Origin: an uncultured virus (IMG/VR IMGVR_UViG_3300028173_000008)
Taxonomy: Duplodnaviria > Heunggongvirae > Uroviricota > Caudoviricetes
Reading direction: 5' to 3' (one strand)
DNA: 20,000 bases
Virus record (IMG/VR): IMGVR_UViG_3300028173_000008
Positions 7,693-16,828 of this stretch are shown one piece after another (within the stretch, counting starts at the first letter, position 1; each line of letters starts with the position of its first letter). The translations under genes and the position numbers were made by a program. The notes below the pieces were generated by a model. That model ran no database searches. It saw only the letters and a program-made list of their open reading frames with translations, and was not told the DNA's origin.

Positions 7693-10600
7693 ATGATTTT
7701 CAGTCAGGCTGCCGGTGACCGAAAGGTCCGTGCTTTTTCCTTGTCCAGTTCGTTCCTTGAGGAGTTCCACGGCAAGCAGCCCAACTGGGGTCCGGTAGGC
7801 TATTTCACGTTCAAGCGAACCTACGCCCGTGAGCTACCCGAGGGTGGCACGGAGGAGTTCTGGCAGACGTGTAAGCGGGTCGTCGAGGGTTGCTTCCAGA
7901 TCCAGAAGATCCACTGCCGCCGGATGGCCCTCCCGTGGAATGAGGCCAAGGGCCAGAACTCGGCGCAGGAGATGTTCCGCCGCATGTTCGATTTCAAGTT
8001 CACGCCACCGGGGCGTGGCCTGTGGATGATGGGCACGGACGTCGTGTATAGCCGGGGCTCCGCCGCCCTCCAGAACTGCGCCTTCGTGTCCACGGACAAG
8101 CTCGCTGAAGATTTCTCCGGCCCCTTCACCTTCCTGATGGACCTTTCGATGCTCGGCGTGGGTGTCGGTGGAGACACCAGAGGGAAAGGGGCTGTCCGTA
8201 TCCAGCGCCCCGACATGTCCGTCACGCCCTACGTGGTGGATGACAGCCGGGAGGGCTGGGTGGACCTGGTCCGTACCTTGCTGGAGTCGTTCGTGGGCAA
8301 GGCCCAGTACCCGAGGGTCATCGACTACTCGCCGGTGCGGGGCCGTGGGGCAGCCATCAGCACTTTCGGGGGCGTAGCCTCCGGGCCACTCCCACTCCAG
8401 AAACTGGTCGAGGGCATCACGAAGATCCTGCTCCCCAAGGGCGTCCGGGCTGAGTTCGACGTGGACTACGACGAGGCCACGGGCAAGATCGGGAACGTGA
8501 TCGTGACGTTCAAGGGCAAGAAGGCTCCCACGCCGTACCGTATCGGGTCAGCCCAGATCGTCGATGTGTTCAACTACATCGGCAAGTGCGTCGTGGCCGG
8601 TGGCGTCCGCCGGACGGCAGAGATCATGTTCGGAGAGCCCGACGACGAGGATTTCGTGACCCTCAAGCAGGACGAGGAGGCCCTCAACGACCGCCGTTGG
8701 GCGTCCAACAACTCCGTGTTCGGGTACGTGGGCATGGACTACACGGACATCGTGGATTCCATCGCCAAGAACGGGGAGCCTGGTATCTGCTGGCTGGAGA
8801 ATGCCCGTGCATACAGCCGCATGGGACACCCTGCGGACAACAAGGACTGGCGGGTCGTGGGTACGAACCCCTGCGGTGAGCAATCCCTTGAGTCCTTTGA
8901 GCTTTGCAACCTCGTGGAGACCTACCCGGCCCACCACGATGACTACGACGACTACGAGCGCACCCTCAAGATGGCGTACCTCTACGCCAAGACCGTGACC
9001 CTCGTTCCTACACACATCCCAAGGGCCAACGCTGTCATGCAGCGCAACCGCCGCATCGGCTGTTCCATGTCTGGGATCACACAGGCGATGGCCAAGCTGG
9101 GGAGACGCTCGTTCCTGAACTGGTGCGATGAGGGCTATGACTACGTGCAGCGCCTCGACCGCATCTACTCTGAGTGGCTGGGCTGTGGCCTCTCGGTCAA
9201 GACGACGACCGTGAAGCCTTCTGGGTGCCAAGTACAGGGCACTCTCATAAACACAGAAAAGGGTATTTTCAGGCTGTCCGAGTTGGGGGATGTGCAAGGA
9301 GAGATGTGGCAGGATATTTCTGGGTGGACTTCCCTTGGGAAAAACATCACTAAGTTCTTTGTGAATGGGGATGGTCCTACTAAGCAGTTACGGACAGAGG
9401 ATGGAAATCTTCTTGAGGGCTCTTTGCCTCATCAGTACCAGGTGGTGGTTGATGGCGATGTTGTTTGGAAGAAGGTTGCTGATATTGTGGTAGGTGACCA
9501 ACTTTTGGTTTCTTTGGGGGACTACCAGAACAAGACAGAGCCTTCTCTTTTTCAGGTCCCTGCCCCATACCACAATACCAAGAGCATTCTGCAACCGAAG
9601 GAGATGAGTCCTGCGTTAGCATGGTTTCTCGGGATGTTGTATGGGGATGGTTCTGTCCATAAGAAGGGGTTGCGGATATCTTTCAATCGGAAAGAGGCTT
9701 CCCTTGTCCATTTCATTTCCCAGACGGTGAAGAGTTTGTTTGGGTTGGATGCTCTTGTGGACGATGATCACAGTATATACATCAACTCGACCCACCTTTT
9801 GGCTTACCTAGAAGCCAACCATATGCTGAAGGACTTTTCACACTCCTTGGAGATGCCTTTGGCCATACGCAGCGCAGGGGTAGACAGCATCAAAGCGTTC
9901 ATCACGGGTTTGTGGCGGGCTGATGGAGCGATCTATAACCGTTCTACTTGGGGCATCTGTACGGTGTCTGAAGGTTTCGCTAGAGACCTTTTGGTCCTTT
10001 GCCGAGCTGTGGGTTTCAATGTCAAGCTGAAAAATGCGGGTCCGGGTGGTTGGGGCTCTCGGGATAGGTGGCTCATTACTTCGCGGATGGGGGAACCTGA
10101 TTTGCTCCGGTATGTGTCCCGTGAATTACGGGAGCGAGTCTTTGGGGAGGGTTTGTGGTTGGATCCTGTGGTAGATGTCACGGATTCCTATAGCCCGACC
10201 TTTGATATCGAGGTTCCTGACACGAAAGAATATGTGGCGAATGGGGTGTTGTCCCACAACACCGTCAGCCTCTTGTGTGGGGCGACACCCGGTATCCACT
10301 ACCCCCACTCGGAGTTCTACATCCGGCACATTCGGGTGCAGAACACGTCCCCGCTGGTCCAGGCCGCACGGGACGCAGGATTCGACGTCCACCCCGACCC
10401 CTACGCCGACGACACGTCCGTGGTGGCGTTCCCCGTCCGGGAGAACCACTTCACGAAGGGCAAGGCGGAGGTGACGGTCTGGGAGCAGTACCTGAACGCC
10501 GAGGACTTGCAGAAGCACTGGGCCGACAACCAGGTCTCCGTCACGATCACCTTCACGAAGGACGAGGTGCGGGATCTCAAGCCCGCACTCGAGGCTTTTG

Positions 10601-10812
10601 AGGATCGGCTCAAGGGTATCTCGATGTTGCCCCTGGCGGACGAGGATCACGGTTACCAGTTCGCTCCGTACCAGGAGATCGATGAGGAGCAGTACGCCTC
10701 GATGGTAGCCCGCACAAAGGCCATCGACTTCGGCGGGGCCGACACCCACGACAAGGATTCGGAAGACAAGTTCTGCACGGGTGAAGCCTGCACCATTCTC
10801 CCCCCCAAGTAG
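7693..10812 (+). CDS. nrdJ: Class II (adenosylcobalamin-dependent, monomeric RTPR-type) ribonucleotide reductase, intein-containing
   Basis: FKRTYAR, PPGRGLW, ALQNCAF, MLGVGVG, catalytic TNPCGEQ..LCNL, RNRRIG, TTVKPSG/TVSLL and the C-terminal cysteine pair FCTGEAC. ATG at 7693 after AGGAG. Confidence 0.92.
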   Translation: MIFSQAAGDRKVRAFSLSSSFLEEFHGKQPNWGPVGYFTFKRTYARELPEGGTEEFWQTCKRVVEGCFQIQKIHCRRMALPWNEAKGQNSAQEMFRRMFDFKFTPPGRGLWMMGTDVVYSRGSAALQNCAFVSTDKLAEDFSGPFTFLMDLSMLGVGVGGDTRGKGAVRIQRPDMSVTPYVVDDSREGWVDLVRTLLESFVGKAQYPRVIDYSPVRGRGAAISTFGGVASGPLPLQKLVEGITKILLPKGVRAEFDVDYDEATGKIGNVIVTFKGKKAPTPYRIGSAQIVDVFNYIGKCVVAGGVRRTAEIMFGEPDDEDFVTLKQDEEALNDRRWASNNSVFGYVGMDYTDIVDSIAKNGEPGICWLENARAYSRMGHPADNKDWRVVGTNPCGEQSLESFELCNLVETYPAHHDDYDDYERTLKMAYLYAKTVTLVPTHIPRANAVMQRNRRIGCSMSGITQAMAKLGRRSFLNWCDEGYDYVQRLDRIYSEWLGCGLSVKTTTVKPSGCQVQGTLINTEKGIFRLSELGDVQGEMWQDISGWTSLGKNITKFFVNGDGPTKQLRTEDGNLLEGSLPHQYQVVVDGDVVWKKVADIVVGDQLLVSLGDYQNKTEPSLFQVPAPYHNTKSILQPKEMSPALAWFLGMLYGDGSVHKKGLRISFNRKEASLVHFISQTVKSLFGLDALVDDDHSIYINSTHLLAYLEANHMLKDFSHSLEMPLAIRSAGVDSIKAFITGLWRADGAIYNRSTWGICTVSEGFARDLLVLCRAVGFNVKLKNAGPGGWGSRDRWLITSRMGEPDLLRYVSRELRERVFGEGLWLDPVVDVTDSYSPTFDIEVPDTKEYVANGVLSHNTVSLLCGATPGIHYPHSEFYIRHIRVQNTSPLVQAARDAGFDVHPDPYADDTSVVAFPVRENHFTKGKAEVTVWEQYLNAEDLQKHWADNQVSVTITFTKDEVRDLKPALEAFEDRLKGISMLPLADEDHGYQFAPYQEIDEEQYASMVARTKAIDFGGADTHDKDSEDKFCTGEACTILPPK
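9226..10260 (+). mobile_element. Intein with LAGLIDADG homing endonuclease (345 aa)
   Basis: Interrupts KPSG|TVS. Starts CQVQGTLINTEKG and ends TFDIEVPDTKEYVANGVLSHN, followed by Thr. LAGLIDADG blocks LAWFLGMLYGDGS and FITGLWRADG. Abrupt switch to T/A-ending codons at these boundaries. Confidence 0.93.
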
Positions 10813-10830
10813 CCCCACAACACAGCGCTC

Positions 10831-10841
10831 TCGGGTATTCT
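10831..10841 (+). promoter_or_regulatory. TCGGGTAnnnT motif, copy 2
   Basis: TCGGGTATTCT ends 19 nt before the ATG at 10861. Confidence 0.55.
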
Positions 10842-10860
10842 CCATGACAAGGAGGGACTC

Positions 10861-11394
10861 ATGGACGGGTTCAATGCGATTCTGTTAGAGGGCAAGTTCT
10901 ATGCGAAGGATGACACGCTCTGGATGACGGAGCAGGGCAACGTCCATGACGTTGACGACGCCTTGCGTCCGTTTGAGGGCATCCTCGTTCACGTAGCCGT
11001 TCACATGGTCCCCCCAATGCCCCCAGACCCTACGAAACGGGGCGGCGGGTGCTGTTACTGGCCCGAGGGCATGGAATGTCCCGCAGGTCACCACGAGCAC
11101 CCTGAACGCCTGTTGAACGTCCACGGTGATGGGACCCTCATCTACAAGGAGGGCGACTGGACACAGGAAGCGACGTGGTGGCTCAAGCAGTTCGACGGAA
11201 CGGAACTGCGGCTGCCTTTGATGTACCTGCCCGGGCATGACGCCCGGATCGCCTGCGCCACGAAGTTCGACGCCGAACGGATGCAGGAGTTGCTGTCCAA
11301 GGAGGGACTCGGCCAAGTTGAGGCCCTGGGGACACAGGCGCAGAGCCTTCAGGACATCCTCCGCCAGATCCAGGACGCCACCAAGGAGAAGTAG
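10861..11394 (+). CDS. Hypothetical protein (177 aa) with a Cys/His cluster
   Basis: AAGGAGG RBS. GGGCCYWPEGMECPAGHHEHP is a possible metal-binding site. Confidence 0.7.
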   Translation: MDGFNAILLEGKFYAKDDTLWMTEQGNVHDVDDALRPFEGILVHVAVHMVPPMPPDPTKRGGGCCYWPEGMECPAGHHEHPERLLNVHGDGTLIYKEGDWTQEATWWLKQFDGTELRLPLMYLPGHDARIACATKFDAERMQELLSKEGLGQVEALGTQAQSLQDILRQIQDATKEK

Positions 11395-11396
11395 CG

Positions 11397-13751
11397 TTGC
11401 CTTTGTACTTTTCAGGCCGGGTCCACTCCGTCATCTACGATGACCCGGCCCAGGCTTTCTACATTCTGAAGATGAGTCTGGACGCTCCCGAAACCCCGGA
11501 AGGGCAGATCGGGATCGTCAAGGGCGTGCAGGCCACGGTCAAGGGGCACGTCCCCGGTATCCCCATCAAGGTGGGGACGTGGTTCGGGTTTGAGGGCAAC
11601 TGGAAGACCCACAAGACGCACGGGAAGCAACTGGCGATCACGAAGGCCCCCATCCTGAAGAACGGGTGGGACGCGGACACCGCTGAGAAGATGCTCTCCG
11701 CCAACGGGGTCGGCCCACGCCTTCTCCTGCTTGCACGGCAGTACTTGGGCGAGGATTTCGTTGCCGCCTTGTCCGACCCCAAGCAGTTGGAGGTCGTTCC
11801 GGGCATCGACGAGTTCACTGCCCTGCACATCTCCCAGCGGTGGACGTCGACGCAGGCGTACTTCAAGACCCTCACTTTCCTCAATGATCTCGGCGTCCCC
11901 AACAGCAAGGTGCGGGAGGTGTGGGCCAAGTTCGGTGGTGAGGCAGAGGAGGTGCTGGCGAAGAACCCGTGGGCGCTGGTGCGTCTGGAGGGCTTTGAGT
12001 TCAGCGCCGCCGACGAGATCGCCATCCGTCTGGGCCTTCCCATGGACGGGGAGAACCGGGTGTACGGGGCCGTCCTGTACTGTGCCCGCACACAGCGGGG
12101 CATGGGTCACCTCTACATGCGAACGGGGCAAGTCATGGGGACTGTCCAAGCCCTGATCCCCGGTGTCACGACCAGGCAGGTAGCGTCGGCCCTCAAGGAG
12201 TGCCATCTCAACAAGGATCTCGTGGTGGACAGGGAAACCCTGCCGGGGGCCGTCGCGGTCTACGAGCCTTGGTCCTGGGAGATGGAGTCTGAGTCCGCCA
12301 AGCTGTTGCACAGCCGACGGAAGACCGCCGCCTACGGGAAGGGCGGGCTGGAGTTGAAGACCTACTTCAAGCGGCTCCGGGGTGTGGGGCCGGACACGAA
12401 GGCCAAGGCTGAGATGAAGCGCCCCAGGCTGGCGACGGTCATCAAGACCGCCATCGAGGAGTGGGGCCTGTCCTCCAAGATGGTCCTCTCAGACACACAG
12501 AAGAAGGGCATCTTCAACGCCCTTACAGAGCCCGTGTCCGTCCTGACCGGGCTGCCCGGAACAGGTAAGACGACCAGCCTGCGGGCCGCCGTTCGCATCC
12601 TTCAGGATTCCGACGTGCCCTTCCTCCTGTGCGCTCCTACTGGGATCGCAGCCAAGAACCTTTCCGCCCTGTCCGGGGCACCCGCCCACACGATCCACCG
12701 GGCGTTCTCCGCCCGAGGGAAGTCTGACGACAAGCGGGAGTCCACGTACACGGGCATCGTGGGTGAGGCGGACGGTGAGAAGGGGGACATGGGGCAGGGT
12801 TCGCAGTGGGGGTTCAGCGTAGAGCGCCCGCACCCGGCGGAGGTTGTGTTCGTGGACGAGTCCTCGATGGTGGACCAGCACCTTATGTACCGGCTGCTCA
12901 CCTGTACGTCCCCGCAGTGCCGTCTGGTGTTCGTGGGCGACCCCGCACAGCTTCCCTCTGTGGGACCGGGCAACGTGTTGCGGGATCTGGTGTCCAGTGA
13001 CGTGTACCCCGTTGTTCACCTGGTCGAGATCTTCCGTCAGGAGGAGACCAGCGACATCGTGTTCGCCGCCCACGACATCTACAAGGGCGAGGTGCCCTCC
13101 TACACTCAGGGGTCGGAGTTCTCGCTGTTGATCCTCAAGTCAGAGGAGATGGTGCTGGAGGCGATCCTGAAGATGGCCTCCAAGCTGTACGATCAGCGCC
13201 GTAACTTCCAGGTTCTGTCACCCCGTCACGGGGGGACCGTGGGGGTCACGAATCTGAATGACAGGATTCGGATGATCCTCAACCCACAGGGGATCGGGTT
13301 GCAGGAGGTTCGTCTGGGCGGTGACGTGATCCGGGAGGGCGACCGGATCATGGTCGTCAAGAACGACTACGAGAAGGGCGTGTTCAACGGTGACGTGGGC
13401 AAGGTGTCCCGCATTAACCGCAAGGACAAAGAGGTGGAACTCAAGATCTTCGGCCAGCCTCCGGTGTTCGTGAAGGTGGCGTTCAAGGATCTCCCCCGCC
13501 TCATCCGTCTGGCCTATGCCTGTACCGTACACAAGGCACAGGGCCTGGAGTACGACGTCATCGTGATGCCGCTCATCGACGGGTTCAGGCACCAGCTACA
13601 GCGGAACCTCTTGTATACGGCGGTCACGAGGGCCAAGAAGCGGGTCGTGCTAGTGGGCACGCACACAGCACTGGCCTCCGCCGTGTTCAACGACAAGGAA
13701 GACCTCCGCAACACGCTTTTCAAGCAGCGACTCCAAGCTCTCGCTTCCTAG
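11397..13751 (+). CDS. recD2: RecD2-like SF1B helicase
   Basis: N-terminal OB-like/HhH region (GVGP, PGID, KNPWAL..F..AD.IA). Walker A TGLPGTGKTT, CAPTGIAAK, VDESSMVD, VGDPAQLPSVGPG, IFRQ, LAYACTVHKAQGLEY, RNLLYTAVTRAK. TTG start after AAGGAG. Confidence 0.92.
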   Translation: MPLYFSGRVHSVIYDDPAQAFYILKMSLDAPETPEGQIGIVKGVQATVKGHVPGIPIKVGTWFGFEGNWKTHKTHGKQLAITKAPILKNGWDADTAEKMLSANGVGPRLLLLARQYLGEDFVAALSDPKQLEVVPGIDEFTALHISQRWTSTQAYFKTLTFLNDLGVPNSKVREVWAKFGGEAEEVLAKNPWALVRLEGFEFSAADEIAIRLGLPMDGENRVYGAVLYCARTQRGMGHLYMRTGQVMGTVQALIPGVTTRQVASALKECHLNKDLVVDRETLPGAVAVYEPWSWEMESESAKLLHSRRKTAAYGKGGLELKTYFKRLRGVGPDTKAKAEMKRPRLATVIKTAIEEWGLSSKMVLSDTQKKGIFNALTEPVSVLTGLPGTGKTTSLRAAVRILQDSDVPFLLCAPTGIAAKNLSALSGAPAHTIHRAFSARGKSDDKRESTYTGIVGEADGEKGDMGQGSQWGFSVERPHPAEVVFVDESSMVDQHLMYRLLTCTSPQCRLVFVGDPAQLPSVGPGNVLRDLVSSDVYPVVHLVEIFRQEETSDIVFAAHDIYKGEVPSYTQGSEFSLLILKSEEMVLEAILKMASKLYDQRRNFQVLSPRHGGTVGVTNLNDRIRMILNPQGIGLQEVRLGGDVIREGDRIMVVKNDYEKGVFNGDVGKVSRINRKDKEVELKIFGQPPVFVKVAFKDLPRLIRLAYACTVHKAQGLEYDVIVMPLIDGFRHQLQRNLLYTAVTRAKKRVVLVGTHTALASAVFNDKEDLRNTLFKQRLQALAS

Positions 13752-13822
13752 TGGGTACGTTCCGGGTTCCCCCCGAGTAGATGGGGTGTGAACAGAACAC
13801 GACCCTCGAAAGGGAGGACAAC

Positions 13823-14248
13823 ATGGCTGACGAAACGAAAGACAAGGCACGAGCGGAACTCAGGGCTGAACTGGCCCGCATCAAGAAGGGCCTCCGGGTC
13901 ACGAAGGTGGTCTGTACCCGTTCCATCAAGGGACGGTACGGAGATGCCTACGTGGGCTTTTCGGCGGCCTGGGACACGATCCAGGACGATGCCGGGGGCG
14001 GGGCGGATCTCGTGTCCGCACAGGACGGTGACGTGGCAGAGGCCAACCGTGCCAGCGGGATGACCCTCAAGGAGTCCCGGATGGCGGCCCTCGTACTGGG
14101 GCTTCAGGCGGACCTGGCCGCAACGGACAACGCCATGGCGGGATCGACGATCACGTCGGAGCAGCGTCTGGGCGCACAGAAGGCCATCAAGCACAACTAC
14201 GCTTCGCTGATGAGCGAGGCGTTGTCGAACGGTAACGGAGGCAACTGA
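13823..14248 (+). CDS. Hypothetical protein (141 aa)
   Basis: ATG after GGGAGG. Stop coupled to the next start (TGATG). Confidence 0.7.
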   Translation: MADETKDKARAELRAELARIKKGLRVTKVVCTRSIKGRYGDAYVGFSAAWDTIQDDAGGGADLVSAQDGDVAEANRASGMTLKESRMAALVLGLQADLAATDNAMAGSTITSEQRLGAQKAIKHNYASLMSEALSNGNGGN

Positions 14249-15306
14249 TGACTACGGCGGCGTCCGACTTCCTGACGTTCACGGTTGAGGACGCCGAGGA
14301 AGTCTTTGGGGAACTCAAGGAACTGCACGTCGACCTGGACGCAGATCCGTTGGCCTACGGGCCGAAGCGGCTGAATAACAAGATGGCCGAGTGCCGTGGG
14401 GTGATGCACCGGGTGGAGCGGATCTTCCTCCGGGTGTCCAAGAAGCTGCACGGGGTTACCCGTGCCAAGCGGCGGGCGGAACTGGACATCGAACTGGCCA
14501 AAATGCAGCTTCTGGCGGAGGACCCTCATGTCCGGGCCGGTCGCAGCGTGGCCGACCGTGATGCCGAAGCCTCGATGAAGCTCCGGGACGAGATCCTGGC
14601 TTTCGACGAACTGGAACTGACCGAGATCAGTCTGGCGCAGACGATGGCTGTGGTGAAAGCCAAGCGGGCCGACCTGAAGTCCACCGTTTCGATGCTCAAG
14701 GATCAGATCCGCCTCTGCAACGAGGAGATCGGGTTGGGGGCACAGTGGGGATCTAAGAAGGTGTCGGCCCCGGACTTCAAGCCCGTGGACGCCACGGCGG
14801 AGTTGGCCGACATCGACGGCATGTTGGGGGATATGGAAGGCGAGATCCCGCTCCGTGTGTTGGGATCCGATGACGAGGATGCCGAGGGGGCGGAGGTTGA
14901 GGTGCCTGTCCCGGTAGAGGACGAGGATGCCGTAGAGGATCTGGCGGACGTGATCGCCACGGTAGGTGGGCTCACAGAGGAGCCTGAGCCTGTAGCCCCG
15001 GTGGTGGTGCAGCCTGTGCCAGAGGCCCCCACGCCGCCCGTGGAGCCGACAGTAGAGGAAGCCCCCAAGGATGCCCCTGTGGAGCCGGAGGACGAATCTG
15101 GGGGGCTTGTGGAGCCAGAGGAGGCCCCTTCGGCGGCGGAAGCGTTGCCCGATAACACGCCCGCAGACCTGGCCGAATCCTTCCTTGACGCCATGCCCGA
15201 AGATGCCGTTTCGGACCCCTCCTTCAAGGATCCTCTCACGGGCAAGACCGCCGACGATCTGTTGGACGTGGACTCCATCCTCGATTCTTTTGAGGACATT
15301 GATTGA
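14248..15306 (+). CDS. Coiled-coil protein with a long acidic Pro/Glu-rich tail; possible UvsY-like recombination mediator
   Basis: Helical N-terminal ~165 aa followed by an acidic low-complexity tail. Sits beside SSB, RuvC and RecA. The UvsY link is inferred from architecture and context only. Confidence 0.55.
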   Translation: MTTAASDFLTFTVEDAEEVFGELKELHVDLDADPLAYGPKRLNNKMAECRGVMHRVERIFLRVSKKLHGVTRAKRRAELDIELAKMQLLAEDPHVRAGRSVADRDAEASMKLRDEILAFDELELTEISLAQTMAVVKAKRADLKSTVSMLKDQIRLCNEEIGLGAQWGSKKVSAPDFKPVDATAELADIDGMLGDMEGEIPLRVLGSDDEDAEGAEVEVPVPVEDEDAVEDLADVIATVGGLTEEPEPVAPVVVQPVPEAPTPPVEPTVEEAPKDAPVEPEDESGGLVEPEEAPSAAEALPDNTPADLAESFLDAMPEDAVSDPSFKDPLTGKTADDLLDVDSILDSFEDID

Positions 15307-15406
15307 GGGGGGGTTTCAACCCTTCCCCCGTGGAGTAGAACCAGTCGACAAGGACCTGTCCGGTAGATGACCCGTCCTGTCCAGACTACTTTAGGAGGTG
15401 CGTATC

Positions 15407-16132
15407 ATGAGCGGTTACCAGGACTTCAGTTTCGGCGAGAATGACTCCGGCATCGGCGAGAAGACCAAGCGCTTCAAGGCCGAGGGGGGTCACACCTACA
15501 GGGTGTCCTTCGGGTGGTGGAAGAAGACCGACGAGAACGGTCTGGCCATCATGGACGGAGCGCCCCAGTTCACGGGTGCTCAGGTGAACTACATCCCGAA
15601 CGCGGGCTACATCGTGAACAGCGGTCCCGAGTTCACCAAGCTCGCCGGAGAGCCCGCCCGTACCCGCATCGGCACGGTGCTGGTCGTGTGGCCGACCCTC
15701 AAGGACGGCACCATCGACAAGACCCGGCTGGCGGCTGGCGACGTGGAAGTGATCCCGTGGATCTTCAGCGGCGACAAGTACAAGCGCCTGAACCACATCC
15801 ACAAGGAGTTCCCGTTCGGCCAGCACGACGTGACGCTCTCCTGCACGGATACCCAGTTCCAGAAGATCGACTTCAGCCCGTGCAAGGACAGCCTGCTCGC
15901 CAAGATGATGGGCAACGACAAGGCCAAGGGGCTGGTCGACAGCATCTTCGCCGACGTGGCCCGCATCGTTGAGGGCATCCGGGGCGAGGTCGGGCGTGAG
16001 ATGACCATCGAGCAGGTTCGTGAGAAGCTGGCCGGTGGTGGCGGCGGCGGTGGCGGAAGCGCCCCGGTCGCACAGGCCGCAGCGGTAGCGTCCGAGGACA
16101 TCGACTCCATGGTCGATGACATGCTCGACTAG
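15407..16132 (+). CDS. Phage single-stranded DNA-binding protein (gp32-like, putative)
   Basis: Strong AGGAGG RBS and strongly biased codons. Aromatic-rich core, Gly8 linker and acidic C-terminal tail (EDIDSMVDDMLD). Located in a recombination cluster. Confidence 0.6.
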   Translation: MSGYQDFSFGENDSGIGEKTKRFKAEGGHTYRVSFGWWKKTDENGLAIMDGAPQFTGAQVNYIPNAGYIVNSGPEFTKLAGEPARTRIGTVLVVWPTLKDGTIDKTRLAAGDVEVIPWIFSGDKYKRLNHIHKEFPFGQHDVTLSCTDTQFQKIDFSPCKDSLLAKMMGNDKAKGLVDSIFADVARIVEGIRGEVGREMTIEQVREKLAGGGGGGGGSAPVAQAAAVASEDIDSMVDDMLD

Positions 16133-16156
16133 ACACCTCCCGTCACCGGGGGTGGC

Positions 16157-16828
16157 ATGCGTGTTCTCGGTATCGACCCTTCCCTGACAAACTACGGGTG
16201 GGCACTCCACGACAGCGATGCCGTGGGTGCCCACCGTTGTTTGGCCCGTGGGCGCTTCCAAACGTCCGCAAAAACACTCTTCATTGACCGCTACATCGCC
16301 ATGCGGGACGCTCTGCGTGCTCACATTGAGCAGATCGGCGTGGACTACGGTGTCACTCGTGTAGGGCTTGAGTACCCGGTGTTCAACGATCTCTACAGCG
16401 AGGGGATGTACGGTCTGTTCCTGTATACCTGTGAGGCCCTCCGGCTGGCACAGGTGGACGTGGTCTTCTTCTCCCCGATGCAGATCAAGGCGCACGCCCG
16501 AGAGTCCCTGCAACGCCCGAAGGGCTGGAAGATGATGAAGCCCGACATGGTGGAGGCCGCCAAGACGGACTGCGGGGGCAAGGGGCGGTGGAACCACAAC
16601 GAGGCGGACGGTTATTGGGCTGCTTGGACCGCTGCTAGGTTCTGGAAGCTGCATGACGGAGTAATAGGGGTGGACGACTTGAACCCCGTGGAGAGGAAGC
16701 AGTTCACGCAGATCCACACGTTCACACGGGGCAAGAAGGCCGGGGACACCGTTTTCAAAGGGATACTCCACCGGGAGGACGAGCGTTTCTTCCGATGGTC
16801 ACAGGAGGGACTACAAGATGGCGACTAG
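16157..16828 (+). CDS. ruvC: RuvC-like Holliday junction resolvase
   Basis: MRVLGIDPSLTNYGWA (catalytic D), VGLEYP (E), SPMQIK, HNEADG (D). Confidence 0.85.
   Translation: MRVLGIDPSLTNYGWALHDSDAVGAHRCLARGRFQTSAKTLFIDRYIAMRDALRAHIEQIGVDYGVTRVGLEYPVFNDLYSEGMYGLFLYTCEALRLAQVDVVFFSPMQIKAHARESLQRPKGWKMMKPDMVEAAKTDCGGKGRWNHNEADGYWAAWTAARFWKLHDGVIGVDDLNPVERKQFTQIHTFTRGKKAGDTVFKGILHREDERFFRWSQEGLQDGD

Noticed and set aside
14860..15150. Repeated GAGCC/GTGGAG units as a possible repeat array or CRISPR
   Set aside because: They are low-complexity Glu/Pro/Val codons inside a CDS, with no constant repeat-spacer periodicity.
16034..16060. GGC/GGT run as a DNA-level repeat element
   Set aside because: It encodes the poly-Gly linker before the SSB acidic tail, with mixed codons.
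15386..16771. Long antisense ORFs (461 aa here; also 223-1242, 11412-12311, 16755-17624)
   Set aside because: Shadow ORFs expected opposite GC-rich genes with biased codons. The + strand frames carry the recognisable motifs.
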